A DNA stretch of 63,890 nucleotides, counting the filler, from Octopus bimaculoides (Eukaryota): NCBI RefSeq assembly GCF_001194135.2. It is 6 parts of 6 records of this genome, joined end to end, with 100 filler letters (N's around TTAATTAATTAA, not from the genome) between each part and the next. Parts side by side here need not be neighbours in the genome. Positions count along the whole stretch, not along the records: positions 41,570 to 54,085 come from NC_068983.1; positions 54,186 to 59,752 come from NC_069005.1; positions 59,853 to 62,528 come from NC_068993.1; 3 more parts are not named here. The stretch is one strand, 5' to 3'. Numbering within the stretch: the stretch's first letter is position 1; every line of letters starts with the position of its first letter. Made by a program: the position numbers and the translations under genes. The notes under the pieces are model-generated. The model was not told where the DNA came from. It saw nothing but the letters and a program-made list of their open reading frames with translations, and ran no database searches. This document shows, in pieces, positions 49,747-61,930 of the stretch.

Positions 49747-50184
49747 CAGCGGTCCTCAACCATTTTTTCCTACGCATCCCTTTGAGTCCTGTTTAATCGT
49801 GTGGACCTTCACAGCCATTCGATGTTTTAAAGTACGACGGGCTTCTTTCAGTTTCAGCCTACCAAATCCACTCACAAGGCTTTGGTCAGCTCGAAGCTAT
49901 AGTAGAAGGCACTTACCCAAGCTGCAACTCAGTGGGACTGAACCCGGGACCATGTGGTTGGGAAGCAAGCCTCTTACCACACAGCCTGCATTATTAGAAA
50001 TTGAATAAAAGATGTTAAAATATTTTGTGTATTGTAGAAGTATAAATAATTTGTTGCACATAAATTTCAACAACAAAATCTTTTACGGACCCTTAAGGGT
50101 CATATGAGCCCCTAAGGGTTATATGAGCCCCTAAGGGTTATATGAGCCCCCAAGGGTTATATGGACCCTGGTTGAGAACCTCTG
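49747..50184. mobile_element. hAT-like MITE with a nested SINE A fragment (49833-49990) and a 19-bp x4 subterminal repeat
   Basis: TIRs CAGCGGTCCTCAACC / GGTTGAGAACCTCTG (13/15), Charlie-like; 8-bp flanks ATGTGTAT / GTGTATAT (6/8). Confidence 0.8.
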
Positions 50185-50419
50185 GTGTATATCGTTGATG
50201 TATGGGCATATGAGTGTATGTGAATGTTTATGTATGCATTCTGAATGTATTTGTGTGACTGAGTGTGTATATCTGTGGTCGAGTGTATGTGTTCGTGATT
50301 CAGTTGGGTAGCTGTGGCTGAGTATATCGATGCATGATTGTGTTTGTGTGTATTTGTATGGCTCAGTTACACTCGTATATACACTTATTCTCAGACACAC
50401 ACGTGTACACACTCTTACT

Positions 50420-50830
50420 GAATTTAGAGGGAAGGGGATCATTCGATTACCTCAACCCCGTGCTCAGCTGGTAATTATCTTATCGACTCCAAAAGGATAA
50501 AAGGTAAAGTCGAACTCAGAAGAATTTGAAGTCTGCGCGTAAAGACGGACGAAATGCCGCTAAGCATTTTGTCCGGCGTGCTAACGATTTCGCCGGCTCG
50601 CTGCCTTAATAAAAACCCTTTCTATTATAGGCAGAAGGCCAGGAATTCTGTGGGGACCCCAGTACTTACATCGACCTCGGTAGTTAACCGGGACTTTATG
50701 TTATCGACCCCGAAACAATAAAAGGTAAAGTTGACCTCGGTGCAGTTTGAACTCAGGGCGTGAAGAGTCGGAAGAAATACTACTAAGCGCTTTGTCCGAG
50801 GTGCTAGCGATTCTGCCAGCTCGCCGCCTT
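50420..50830 (-). mobile_element. Two tandem SINE family B copies
   Basis: Each ends in GCTCGC(T/C)GCCTT on the plus strand (element 5' end), at about 50608 and 50830. Confidence 0.9.
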
Positions 50831-51079
50831 TGTATGTTGTCTCATGTATGCGTTAACGTAGTGCCGTCGTTATTGTAGTTGCTCCTGTATATTCTCAGGT
50901 CAACTTCGGTCGAGCTGACCTTATGATCAAAGGTGTTCTAATTGTGACTACCGCGTCCATTTGTAGACTAGAGGCAACTCACAAAGTATCCCTTTTTATT
51001 CACGAAATTAAGGTGTTCTTAACAGATTTGTTATTTCTCACAGGTCACGTCGATGCACCTGTGCATTTGTTAGCCGAGT

Positions 51080-51264
51080 GTGTGTGTGTGCGCGTGAGTG
51101 TGTGAGTGCGTGTGTGTATGTGTATGTGTGTGTGTGTCTGTATGTGTGTGTGTGTGTGAGTGTATTACTGAGAGTAAATGTGCGTGTGCTAATGTGTGTA
51201 TGTGTGTGTGTCTGCAGGTAAATGAATATGTGTATGTGTGTTTGAGTAATGTATCACATAATGC

Positions 51265-51300
<36 letters not shown>

Positions 51301-52720
51301 CTGCAATGTGTAGTAATGTCAGTGTGTCTATATATGTGTTTATATGTGAGCAATGTGAATGTGTATCATTGACGAAAGTATATGCGTGTGTAATTATGTG
51401 TGTGTGTGTATCTGCAGATATGATTGCGTGTGTATGTGTGATAATGTATGTGTGTCTAAAAATATATGAACACGTGCTATTGAGTAATGCATTTATGTAT
51501 ATGCGTGTGTATGTGAGTGAGTGTGTATGAGAACATCTGTGTGTGCATATGTGTGTGTTTGTTTGTGTATGTGTGTGTGTGTGTTTATGTATGTGTGTGT
51601 GCGTGTGTGTGTGTGTGTGTGTTTGAGTAACGTATGTCTGCGCTATTGAGTAATTTGTGTAATTTGTGTGTGTATGTGCGTGTGAATTATGTCTGTATTT
51701 GTTTGTGTGTGTGTGGGTGTGTCATTGAATAATGAATATGTTTGCACATAGGTATCTATGATGTGGTGAGTGTAATTATGTGCTGGAAATTATGTGTGAG
51801 CGTATCTGTGCGTGCGTGTGTGTGTGTGTGTTTGTGTGTGTGCGTGTGCGTGTATGTGTGTGTGTGTGTGTGTGTGTTATGGCGTGGTTGGATGCCGTTA
51901 TGGTTTAAGTAATGTGTATGTATGCGTCAGTGTATATGTGTGATGTGAGCGAGTGTATGTGTGTGTATACCTATATATGTGTAATGTGTGTATCTAAGCA
52001 TGTGTGTGTATGTGCATATTGTTTGTGCATGTGTGTGTGTGTCTACATGTATGTTTAAAATCATTGCATATCAATGTATGTAAGCGTCTGTTTGTCTGTC
52101 TGTCTGTATGTCTGTCTGTCTGTATGTATGTATGCATGCATGCATGTATGTATGTATGTATGTATGCATGCATGTATGTATGTATGTATGCATATATGTA
52201 TGTATGTATGTATATATGTATGTATGATGCGGTTGAGTGTGTTTATGTGCAGGAGTGATATATATGTATGTCTGTATAAGTGTGCGTGTGTGTGTGTGTG
52301 TGTGTGTATGACTATGGAATATATTGGTGAACACAGGTATATGTGTGTGTATATATGTATGTGTATGTGTGCATGAGTGATATGATTGAATGTGTATATA
52401 TGTGTGTTGATATGAGTAAGATGGAGGTGGTTGAGTATGTGTATGAGTGTATGTGTATGCGTGTGTGTGTGTGTATGAATGATATCGATGAGTGTACATG
52501 TATTTGTATGTGTGCGTGCATGTGTGTGTGTGTGTGTGTGCGTGTGTGTATGAGTAATGTCTCTGAGTATACGTATCTGTGTGTATGTGTGTTACAGCTG
52601 TATTCACATCCCACGCATTTTATTTCGTCTGAACCCCTACCACCACCACCACCACCACCACCACCACCCCCACCAACACCACCAACGCCACCACAACACA
52701 ACGAACGCCACAAGAAGACA
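51080..52720. repeat. Degenerate (GT)n/(GTAT)n region ending in (CCA)n
   Basis: Direct reading; source of the CV/HT/poly-P ORFs. Confidence 0.93.
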
Positions 52721-52867
52721 CTATGTGGTTGTAAGACATGCTAGAAATAGCAGCCAAATACTCCCCTGTCTCACCCGGAAGCCGGAACTAAACCTTAGAA
52801 AATGTAGTCGGTGGTGTATAATGCCTGAAAAAGAAATTTTTGAAAATAAGAAGAAAACGATATTTAA

Positions 52868-53331
52868 TCTTTTATATCTTTTACTTGTTTCAGTCATTTG
52901 ACTGCGGTCATACTGGGGCACCACCATGAAAAATTTTTAGATGAATGAATCGACCCCAGTGCTTATTGATTTCCAAGTCTGGTACTTATTATATCGGTGT
53001 CTTTTGCCGAAACGCCAAGTTACAGGAACGAAAATACGGCAACACTGGTCGTCACGCGGTATCAGGAGAGAAACACACACACACATACACATCACGCACA
53101 CACGCTCACACACATAAACACACAAACACACACACACATAAACACACACGCACATAAACACACACGTTTACGACGTGCTTCTTTCAGTTTCCGTTTACCA
53201 AATCCACTACTAAGGCTTTGGTCAGTCCGAGGTTATGATAGGAGACACTTGCCAAAGGCGCCACGCAATGGGACTGAACCCGGAACCATGTGGTTGGGAA
53301 GCAAACTTCTTACCGTACAGAGTCGCACCTG
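52868..53331 (-). mobile_element. SINE family A, full length
   Basis: Matches the consensus from tail to tRNA-like head. Confidence 0.93.
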
Positions 53332-53855
53332 CATCAGCAGGGAATTGAACCTAGGCTGCCAGCGTGACAAGCGAGCATTCTATCATTGGGCCACTGACCT
53401 TTGATGGTCATGGTTGAAATGTCTTTCACCGTAGATCTGCTTCATTAGCGTTGACCAAGGCTGAAACAACAACAGTATGAAGCTTCTATGTGGTCGCCGA
53501 GCATGCAAGAAATAGCTGTGAAAACTTCCATGAAACTTCAAAAGAGAAGGTTGATGGATAATGTGTCGCTATGCGTTATGACTGAAAGCTGACTTGATGG
53601 TCATCGCAGGAACGTCTATCTGGACTGCGGTTAAACAACGACAGCAATAACAACAGTGTGGGGTTTCCATGTGGAGCCGAGTATGCTAGAAATAGCTGTC
53701 AAATCTCCATCAAACTTCAAAAAAGAAGGTTCGATGGTCATGGTAGGAACACATATGATCAGGTCTGTGCTAGGGGCTTAACAATAATAACGACATTTTC
53801 CTTATTAATAGCAACAGCATCAACACCACAACATCCTATACAACAATCATCAACA

Positions 53856-54028
53856 TAGGCGCAGGAGTGGCTGTGTGGTAAGTAGCTCGCTTACCAACCA
53901 CATGGTTCTGGGTTCAGTCTCACTGCGTGGCACCTTGGACAACTATCTTCTGCTATAGCCTCGGGCCGACCAAAGCCTTGTGAGTGGATTTGGTAGACGG
54001 AAACTGAAAGAAGCGTGTCGTATATATG

Positions 54029-54085
<57 letters not shown>
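53856..54085 (+). mobile_element. SINE family A, 5' half running into a gap
   Basis: TAGGCGCAGGAGTGGCTGTGTGGTAAG head; ends in (TG)n. Confidence 0.93.
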
Positions 54086-54185
54086 NNNNNNNNNNNNNNN
54101 NNNNNNNNNNNNNNNNNNNNNNNNNNNNNTTAATTAATTAANNNNNNNNNNNNNNNNNNNNNNNNNNNNNNNNNNNNNNNNNNNN

Positions 54186-54216
<31 letters not shown>

Positions 54217-54218
<2 letters not shown>

Positions 54219-54548
54219 TACAGCCTGCTCGTGAAATTAACGTGCAAGTTGCTGAGTACTCCACAGAAACATGTACCCTTAACGTAGTTCTCGGGGAGAT
54301 TCACCGTGACAAAAAGTGTGACAAGGCTGACCTTTTGAAATACAGGTACAGCGGAAACAGGAAGAAAGAGTGAGAGAATATTGTGATGAAAGAGTACAGC
54401 ACAGTTCTCCAGCCTCCCCTGTGAGAGTCACATGGAACTTTAGGCATTTTTGCTCAATAAAGACTCATAACGCCCGGTCTGAGAACCGAAACCGCGATTC
54501 AACGAACGCGAGTCTGCTGCCCTAACTACTGGGCCATTGCTCCTCCAC
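54217..54548 (-). mobile_element. SINE family D with tRNA-like head
   Basis: Minus strand GGAGGAGCAATGGCCCAGTAGTTAGGGCAGCAGACTC.. (A-box) and GGTTTCGGTTCTC (B-box-like). Confidence 0.88.
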
Positions 54549-54651
54549 ATATATACGTATATATCAAGAATATCAGTCAGAATTCTGACTGCCTCCTTTT
54601 TAATATACGATATTACAGTATCTACACATCACTTCAGACTCTGTATATATG

Positions 54652-54711
<60 letters not shown>

Positions 54712-54841
54712 CAAGGATGGTAAATTCTTGAAACTTTTGAGCCAGTAGCCTAGTATGTATAAAATAGTCAATAGATAATATATTTTTCATATAAAATACA
54801 CCAATTTCATATGATACACACACACACACATATATATATAT

Positions 54842-55103
54842 ATATTCTGTTGTGTTTGGGGAGAGACATTCTCTTTTAGTGTCTTATAATCTAACACACT
54901 CACCGGTAAAATGTCTTTTTATGACTTTTTATTTTTCTAAAATTTTCATTGCGTCTTGCAATAGTTTTCACTATTGAAAAGGTTTCAAGACGCAACGAAA
55001 ATTTGAGAAAAATAAAAAAAATGAAGTCGAAATTTTACCGGTGAGTATGTTAAATTATAAGGCACTAAAAAGAGACTGACACTCTCCAGACACAACAGAA
55101 TAT
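54842..55103. mobile_element. Palindromic MITE-like element (about 115-bp imperfect arms)
   Basis: ATATTCTGTTGTGT..CACTCACCGGTAAAAT..GCGTCTTG mirrored by CAAGACGC..ATTTTACCGGTGAGT..ACACAACAGAATAT. Confidence 0.82.
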
Positions 55104-55299
55104 GCTTCAACACACGAACTCACATAAACAATCTTGCAAATTAAATCCCAAAACGAAATATAGTTATATAAACTCACACTTGTACAAGCAGGTAGGCTTA
55201 AAAGTTCATAGGAAGACCAAGATACTTTCATGGAATGTGATGAAATGAGGTTCTGTTAGTCAGAATATCATCTACTGTAAATATGACGTCTTCGGCACT

Positions 55300-55790
55300 G
55301 TGATACTGCTTCCCAGCCATGATTTTTTTTTCTTTTGAGTGTACAGATGATACTCAAAAGACTAGGGAGAGTGATCCACCAGTACAAAGTCATAGTCATG
55401 AACAGCAGCCACTGTTACCAACCGATGAAACAAAAACACTTTCTTCATTTTTCCTGGGCGTTTGGTCTTTAGAGCCTTTTGTAACTGCTTCAGAGTGTTG
55501 GCGTTGAATTCTCCATTGAGCATGTGGTCATTTTGATGATTGCCTTTCCTAAAATTAAACTACCTTGAACACTTAGCAGAAGCCTTCGTCGTGGCAATAC
55601 TAATATCATTGGCTATTTGATTTATAGTCAATCACCTTTTCTTCCTCAGTGGATAGGCCATTAGCATATGATAAACGCGATCAGTGTTTTTCCTCAGTAG
55701 TCTTCTCTCTTGGATCACCTAGAAGATTCTCTCTTCTGCTTCTATATTCAGCTGCCCACTTTTATACTGTTGACAAAGCTGGAACGCCAT
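55300..55790 (-). mobile_element. Mariner transposase fragment, internally deleted
   Basis: Minus strand ..KSGQLNIEAEER..LTINQIANDISI.. and ..LKQLQKALKTKRPGK.. resemble the mariner HTH and catalytic-domain segments. Confidence 0.65.
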
Positions 55791-55867
55791 CCACTAATCT
55801 AGCAGCCAAGTCAACATGATTGTCCTTGAGGTGTAAAGCCCTTTTCTGTAGGTCAAATTTTCTCCAT

Positions 55868-55923
<56 letters not shown>

Positions 55924-55933
55924 NNNNNNNNNN

Positions 55934-55960
<27 letters not shown>

Positions 55961-55968
<8 letters not shown>

Positions 55969-56170
55969 CCAAACATGAGCAAGCAAGAAAAAATACGAAC
56001 AAATAACAACGCGAGGACGTGGAATAATTACAATGTTATTGGACGTTCAGGAAAGGAAAGAAAAGAAAGGAGTTCACGTTTCGAGCGGAGCTCTTCATCA
56101 GAAATATAGAAAAAAATCCAAAGAAGGGAAGGCGGAACAAGAAAATCGCCAATAGAGGAGGCAATACTTG
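55961..56170 (-). mobile_element. Short Penelope-like element ending in (TA)n
   Basis: Hammerhead-like motif plus downstream blocks (TTCC.GA.CGT, CCAC..GTCCTCG, GTTGTT) shared with the 42341 copy. Confidence 0.58.
56073..56104 (-). ncRNA. Minimal hammerhead-like motif with canonical CUGAUGA core
   Basis: TTT-CTGATGA-A-GAGC-TCC-GCTC-GAAAC-GTG-AA; position 17 is G, so this copy is probably non-cleaving. Confidence 0.55.
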
Positions 56171-56205
56171 TCCATGATGGTAGCAAAACACTTCCACCAT
56201 ACTTC

Positions 56206-56682
56206 TTGCCGTTGTTCCTGTTGTTGTTGTTGTTGTTGTTGTTCTTCTTCTTCTTCTTCTTCTTCTTCTTCTTCTTCTTCTTCTTCTTCTTCTTCTTCCT
56301 CCTTCCTTCTTCTTCCTCCTTCCTTCTTCTTCTTCTTCCTCCTTCCTTCTTCTTCCTCCTTCCTTCTTCTTCTTCTTCTTCTTCTTCTTAATCTTCTTCT
56401 TCAACTTCTTCTTCTCTTCCTCCTTCATTATCGTCTCCTTCTTTACTTCTTCATCTTCTTGTTATTCTTCTTCTTCCTCCTTTTTTCTTTCTTCTTCTTT
56501 TTCTCCTTCTTCCTCATTCATCCTCTTCTCTTTCGTCTTCTTCTTCTCTTTTACCCCCTCCTTTTTTTCACTTTTTCCACTTCTACTTCCTCTTCTTCTT
56601 CTTCATCATCATCTTCTTCTTCTTCTTCTTCTTCTTCTTCTTCTTCTTCTTCTTCTTCTTCTTCGTCTTCTTCTTCTTCTTT
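56206..56682. repeat. (GTT)n then (CTT)n-rich tract
   Basis: Direct reading. Confidence 0.97.
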
Positions 56683-59536
56683 GTGTTCCAAGTAAACGCG
56701 TTGTGCATGCTCTCAACACATACATTGTGATCCCGACGGTTTGCTCTTTGATACAGGCTGTTCCCGAGGATGGTCCCATAAAACTTAGTGATGTTTACAG
56801 ATAAATAAAGTTTTCAAGGAATAGAAACCAGCATAGAAGAGAAACCACGCAGTATCAGACGTTTAGGTGTGATAAAAGACATGAATTGTTAGTGAGTGGA
56901 TGGATTGCAGCACGCACAATTCGTGAAGATGCTACACGGGTGGTTGTGATGTTTGCTGCGATTCTTATGGCGAGTATCAATGGTTGAACCCAGATTCTTA
57001 TAATTTCAATTAGTAGAAGAAAATGAATTAAAAATAAAAGTATAACAGATGGCAACAGAGAAAGTGAGGATGAGCATATATTGGTTTTACAGAAATATAT
57101 TATTAACCTTAATAACAAAGGGACGGAGAGAGATATAAAAACGACTGTGGTCAGAATGGACTACAGAATACAGGGAACGACTTTATATATCGGAAACTAC
57201 GTGCAAACTAGATATTTCGATTTGAAGGACCATTGAAGTTTGCAAGAAGCCTTTCCTGTCAATGGAGGCAGGTATATTTTATTCACGATCTGGCGATAGG
57301 GGCAGAAATATGGGTGTATTATTCAGAAAAAAAAAGAGGCTCCCTCAATGGAAAAGAATCGCATAACATGGGAATAGCCAGCGATTGGTACAGAAAGTAA
57401 TGATGCTTCTTTATTGGATGACAAAACTCATCCTTCTTGGTTCTCTGGAATTTAATTGAACGATGATTATCAAGCGGTTCGTTGAGAACCTCAAAAGTGC
57501 CTGAGAAACATTAGGAAGAAGAGACTGAGGAAGAATCTGAAAACGATCTCCATTCTCTTAGACAAACAGCAAATAGGGCTGGTCACTGGCCTGTGTCTTG
57601 TGCACCCCGACATCCACGTTTTTAAGTCTACTAACTGTTAGTCTTTGGCGACAACGATCTTTTGACACAAATGAAGCTAGGAAGTGGTGAGAACAATATA
57701 GCACCTATATATATATATATATATATATATATNNNNNNNNNNNNNNNNNNNNNNNNNNNNNNNNNNNNNNNNNNNNNNNNNNNNNNNNNNNNNNNNNNNN
57801 NNNNNNNNNNNNNNNNNNNNNNNNNNNNNNNNNNNNNNNNNNNNNNNNNNNNNNNNNNNNNNNNNNNNNNNNNNNNNNNNNNNNNNNNNNNNNNNNNNNN
57901 NNNNNNNNNNNNNNNNNNNNNNNNNNNNNNNNNNNNNNNNNNNNNNNNNNNNNNNNNNNNNNNNNNNNNNNNNNNNNNNNNNNNNNNNNNNNNNNNNNNN
58001 NNNNNNNNNNNNNNNNNNNNNNNNNNNNNNNNNNNNNNNNNNNNNNNNNNNNNNNNNNNNNNNNNNNNNNNNNNNNNNNNNNNNNNNNNNNNNNNNNNNN
58101 NNNNNNNNNNNNNNNNNNNNNNNNNNNNNNNNNNNNNNNNNNNNNNNNNNNNNNNNNNNNNNNNNNNNNNNNNNNNNNNNNNNNNNNNNNNNNNNNNNNN
58201 NNNNNNNNNNNNNNNNNNNNNNNNNNNNNNNNNNNNNNNNNNNNNNNNNNNNNNNNNNNNNNNNNNNNNNNNNNNNNNNNNNNNNNNNNNNNNNNNNNNN
58301 NNNNNNNNNNNNNNNNNNNNNNNNNNNNNNNNNNNNNNNNNNNNNNNNNNNNNNNNNNNNNNNNNNNNNNNNNNNNNNNNNNNNNNNNNNNNNNNNNNNN
58401 NNNNNNNNNNNNNNNNNNNNNNNNNNNNNNNNNNNNNNNNNNNNNNNNNNNNNNNNNNNNNNNNNNNNNNNNNNNNNNNNNNNNNNNNNNNNNNNNNNNN
58501 NNNNNNNNNNNNNNNNNNNNNNNNNNNNNNNNNNNNNNNNNNNNNNNNNNNNNNNNNNNNNNNNNNNNNNNNNNNNNNNNNNNNNNNNNNNNNNNNNNNN
58601 NNNNNNNNNNNNNNNNNNNNNNNNNNNNNNNNNNNNNNNNNNNNNNNNNNNNTATATATATATATTTATATGTGTGTATGTATGTATGTATGTATGTATA
58701 TAAGTATGTATGTATGCATGTATGTATGTATTAAAGAGAATACGAAAGTTGTGCTCAACGATAACGGAAATAGCTTGATTCGTGGTTCATTCAGCCACTT
58801 GAGAGCTGGTTCAATAAATATATAGTTGATCGGACACCAGGTTAAGTATCGTCGTGACAGACGGAGATCCATGTACTTACGTATTAACGGGTGTATCCAC
58901 ACCTTTATCGGGCTAAATAATATATCATCCTGTCCATTTTATATCCAACACTGTATATGATCTGATAAGATGCAATGCCTTATATATATATATATATATA
59001 TAAACATGCATGTATATATACACACACGTGTATGCATATATCTATCGATGTATCTATATAGCTATCTATCTATACATATATACACACTTACATACATATG
59101 CATGCATACACATGGGGATTTGCATGTGTTTCCTGTTAATTCCCATACCAATGAGTCACACGCTCACATAGTTTTGTTGTCAATGGTAACATTGGAGGTG
59201 TTAAACAAAAATCAATCAGATTCTACATCAGAGTTTGGATATCGATCTTTGAGCGTGGCTCTCTCATACTCATTCAGCCGCTCACTCAATCACGCAACCC
59301 TTACGTCACTCACGCAAAATTCTAGTATATACATATATATAAATACAAACATATACAAATATATATATATAAATCAATGTACGTGTTTAGACACTAGACA
59401 CACGAACAAACACAATGATATATAGACAGAGAGGTACACACAAACACAAATACACGCACACACAAACACGCGCTTACAAATCACGCTCACTCATTTATAC
59501 CTATACATACGTATATATAATCTATATATCATATAT

Positions 59537-59584
<48 letters not shown>

Positions 59585-60223
59585 ACTACATATAAAATAT
59601 ATAATAACTACATTCATAAACACATATACCTATATACTATATACACATAAAGATATATAGAATATTTATATTTAATACAGTCTATCTATCTGTCTATCTA
59701 TCTACCTGTCTATTCTAGTTATCTAGCTATCTTTTTCTATATATATATATATNNNNNNNNNNNNNNNNNNNNNNNNNNNNNNNNNNNNNNNNNNNNTTAA
59801 TTAATTAANNNNNNNNNNNNNNNNNNNNNNNNNNNNNNNNNNNNNNNNNNNNATATATATATATATATATGTATATAAGTATGTATGTATGTATGTATGT
59901 ATGTATGTATGTATGTATGTATGTATGTATGTATATATATTTGGGGTTTATCTTTATTTTTTTTCAAAGAAGGTTAGTAGATTAGGAATCGAGAGAAAAC
60001 CGAGACTATTCTTAGTGTTTACATACAGAATAATAACTGTCTCCAGGGAATTCTGCCTTGTGAAAATGTCTTATTGTAGTCAATAATTTCTGTTTTAGAT
60101 TAAAACTTCACAAGTCGTTTTCCGATATATTCTTAGAGGTATAAGTATTCGTTTCGAGCTGTTATTTCATAATGATATGTATAATTTGGTTTTGGTTAAT
60201 TGCTTTCTTGTTTCTTGTAACAG

Positions 60224-60267
60224 AAAGTGGGGGTGACGAAATATTCCTACAAACTTTTCGCTCTTTG
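60224..60267 (+). CDS. Candidate 44-nt exon (..ESGGDEIFLQTFRSL)
   Basis: Pyrimidine tract + AACAG acceptor, TTG|GTAACG donor, open frame. No homology confirmed. Confidence 0.25.
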
Positions 60268-60595
60268 GTAACGAAATCATTATTAGCCAATGAATTCTAC
60301 TGTCTGTCCTTATTTATTTCAATAACAAAACAATCAGTTGGTTCATCAGTATGTACACATGTGGTACAGCTACATAGACTGAGCCAGGGACGATTAAATG
60401 TTTTAGAGAACAGATACAAAGAGTAACGAAGATGTAGTTATCAATCTTCGACATCTTGAAATGGAATAGAAGCCAATTTTCCTTCATAATTTCATGATCA
60501 ACAGTGCAAAGCATCAGACGGATTATATTGATAATTATTTAAGCAGTTCAGACTATTTAAATATAAATTAATAAACATAATCGTATCACACTTTG

Positions 60596-61540
60596 TACTG
60601 ATGATACACGAACTGCTGAAACAGGCTGCCATAAATAACGAAGAAAATGGATAATGTAGTTCTTCATAGCTCTACACACAAGAAGGTCATGGGATGCTTT
60701 TGAACGTAGGTCTGCTGAATTAACTCTGTCCTAAGGTTAAACAGCAACAACAACAACAATAGGAACAGGAGCGATATCAACAAAATATCAACAATTACCA
60801 CATCAAAGAACCACCTCTGAATGGTCAATTGATCAGCTTGAAATAGACAGCAAATTTCTATCAACTCTCACTCTTCCATCCTAAAAGCAAATAAGCAATT
60901 GGGTAATATAGCTGTAAATACACAATATCTGGGGTGCGGGGAACTGGTGTAATTCATTGAAGTGAAGGTAAAGAAGAGCATCACTGTACATTGCATGATG
61001 TACATACTCTATTCCAAAAGACACGCAATAAGGCTTGAATGGAAACAAATTATTCTTGACAAGACCTTGATACAAGGTAATCTAGCTGGTTTTCATTCGC
61101 TGTAACATAGCGGTTTATGTAGCGAGATATCAGCTACGATCTATCGTTGCAATACCCATCAACGATTATTTATGTTCTGTTTATCTTTGAATCTTTTACA
61201 CTTTAAATCTTTTACATTTTACTTGTTATTAGACTACAGTTTAGCTAAGACACCGTTTTGCGGATGGGGTTAGTGAAACAGATCGACTCCATTACTTATT
61301 TTTTAAAGTCTGGTACACAGTCTATCGACATCTTTTGCCGAAACGCTTAATTACGGAGATGTAAACAAACCAACACCTGATGTCAAGTAGTGCGACGGAC
61401 AAACACATACACACACATACAAACACACGCGCACACACACAGATATATAAGGGTAGCCCCTTAAGAGCATTCCTATGAGCGTGTCTATAACTTTCAATAA
61501 GTTCCTTAGATATGAAATTAGTAATTTCATACATACATAC

Positions 61541-61587
<47 letters not shown>

Positions 61588-61845
61588 AGAGTATGGGGTG
61601 GATTCGATTCCGTTATATCGTTCCCACCCTACTAGGCAGCAGTGCAGAAGTAAACCGAAACGATCGTTGTGCTTAATAAAAGCTTCCAGTACACTCTGTC
61701 CTCCGTATCGATCATTTAAATACATACATACATACATATACATACATACGACGGACTTCACTCACAAATCATTGGTTTATACTGATGATACACGAACTGC
61801 TGAAACAGGCTGCCATAAATAACGAAGAAAATGGATAATGTAGTT
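60596..61845. repeat. Exact 66-bp direct repeat (60596-60661 and 61780-61845)
   Basis: Base-by-base identical; the second copy lies inside a SINE A. Confidence 0.95.
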
Positions 61846-61930
61846 AGAGAACACTTGCCTAAAGTAATGTGCAGTAGGACCGAACCTGAAACCATGTGGC
61901 TGAAAAGCGAGTTTCTGAAACACACACCTA
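61275..61930 (-). mobile_element. SINE family A, fragmented by microsatellite expansion and insertions
   Basis: Tail at 61275-61400 and head at 61750-61930 match the consensus. Confidence 0.85.

Larger units (their letters stand above)
48258..51080. repeat. GT-rich degenerate satellite with recurrent TRGCYGAGT motif
   Basis: Motif or close variants at 48258, 48424, 48449, 48476, 48529, 48705, 48769, 48825, 48855, 50276, 50315, 50359 and 51071. Confidence 0.72.

Noticed and set aside
56700-57660. Purine-rich unique-looking segment, possibly a decayed LINE endonuclease region
   Set aside because: Only vague motif resemblance with multiple stops; cannot be supported without a profile search.
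60141-60172. Minus-strand ATGA..GCTCGAAACG, possible fourth hammerhead (similar at 45570-45595)
   Set aside because: Core and stem II are broken, and there is no homology to the downstream body of the other copies.
60670-60705. Apparent small exon (TAG|CTCTAC..GAAC|GTAGGT)
   Set aside because: Falls within the family E repeat tail.
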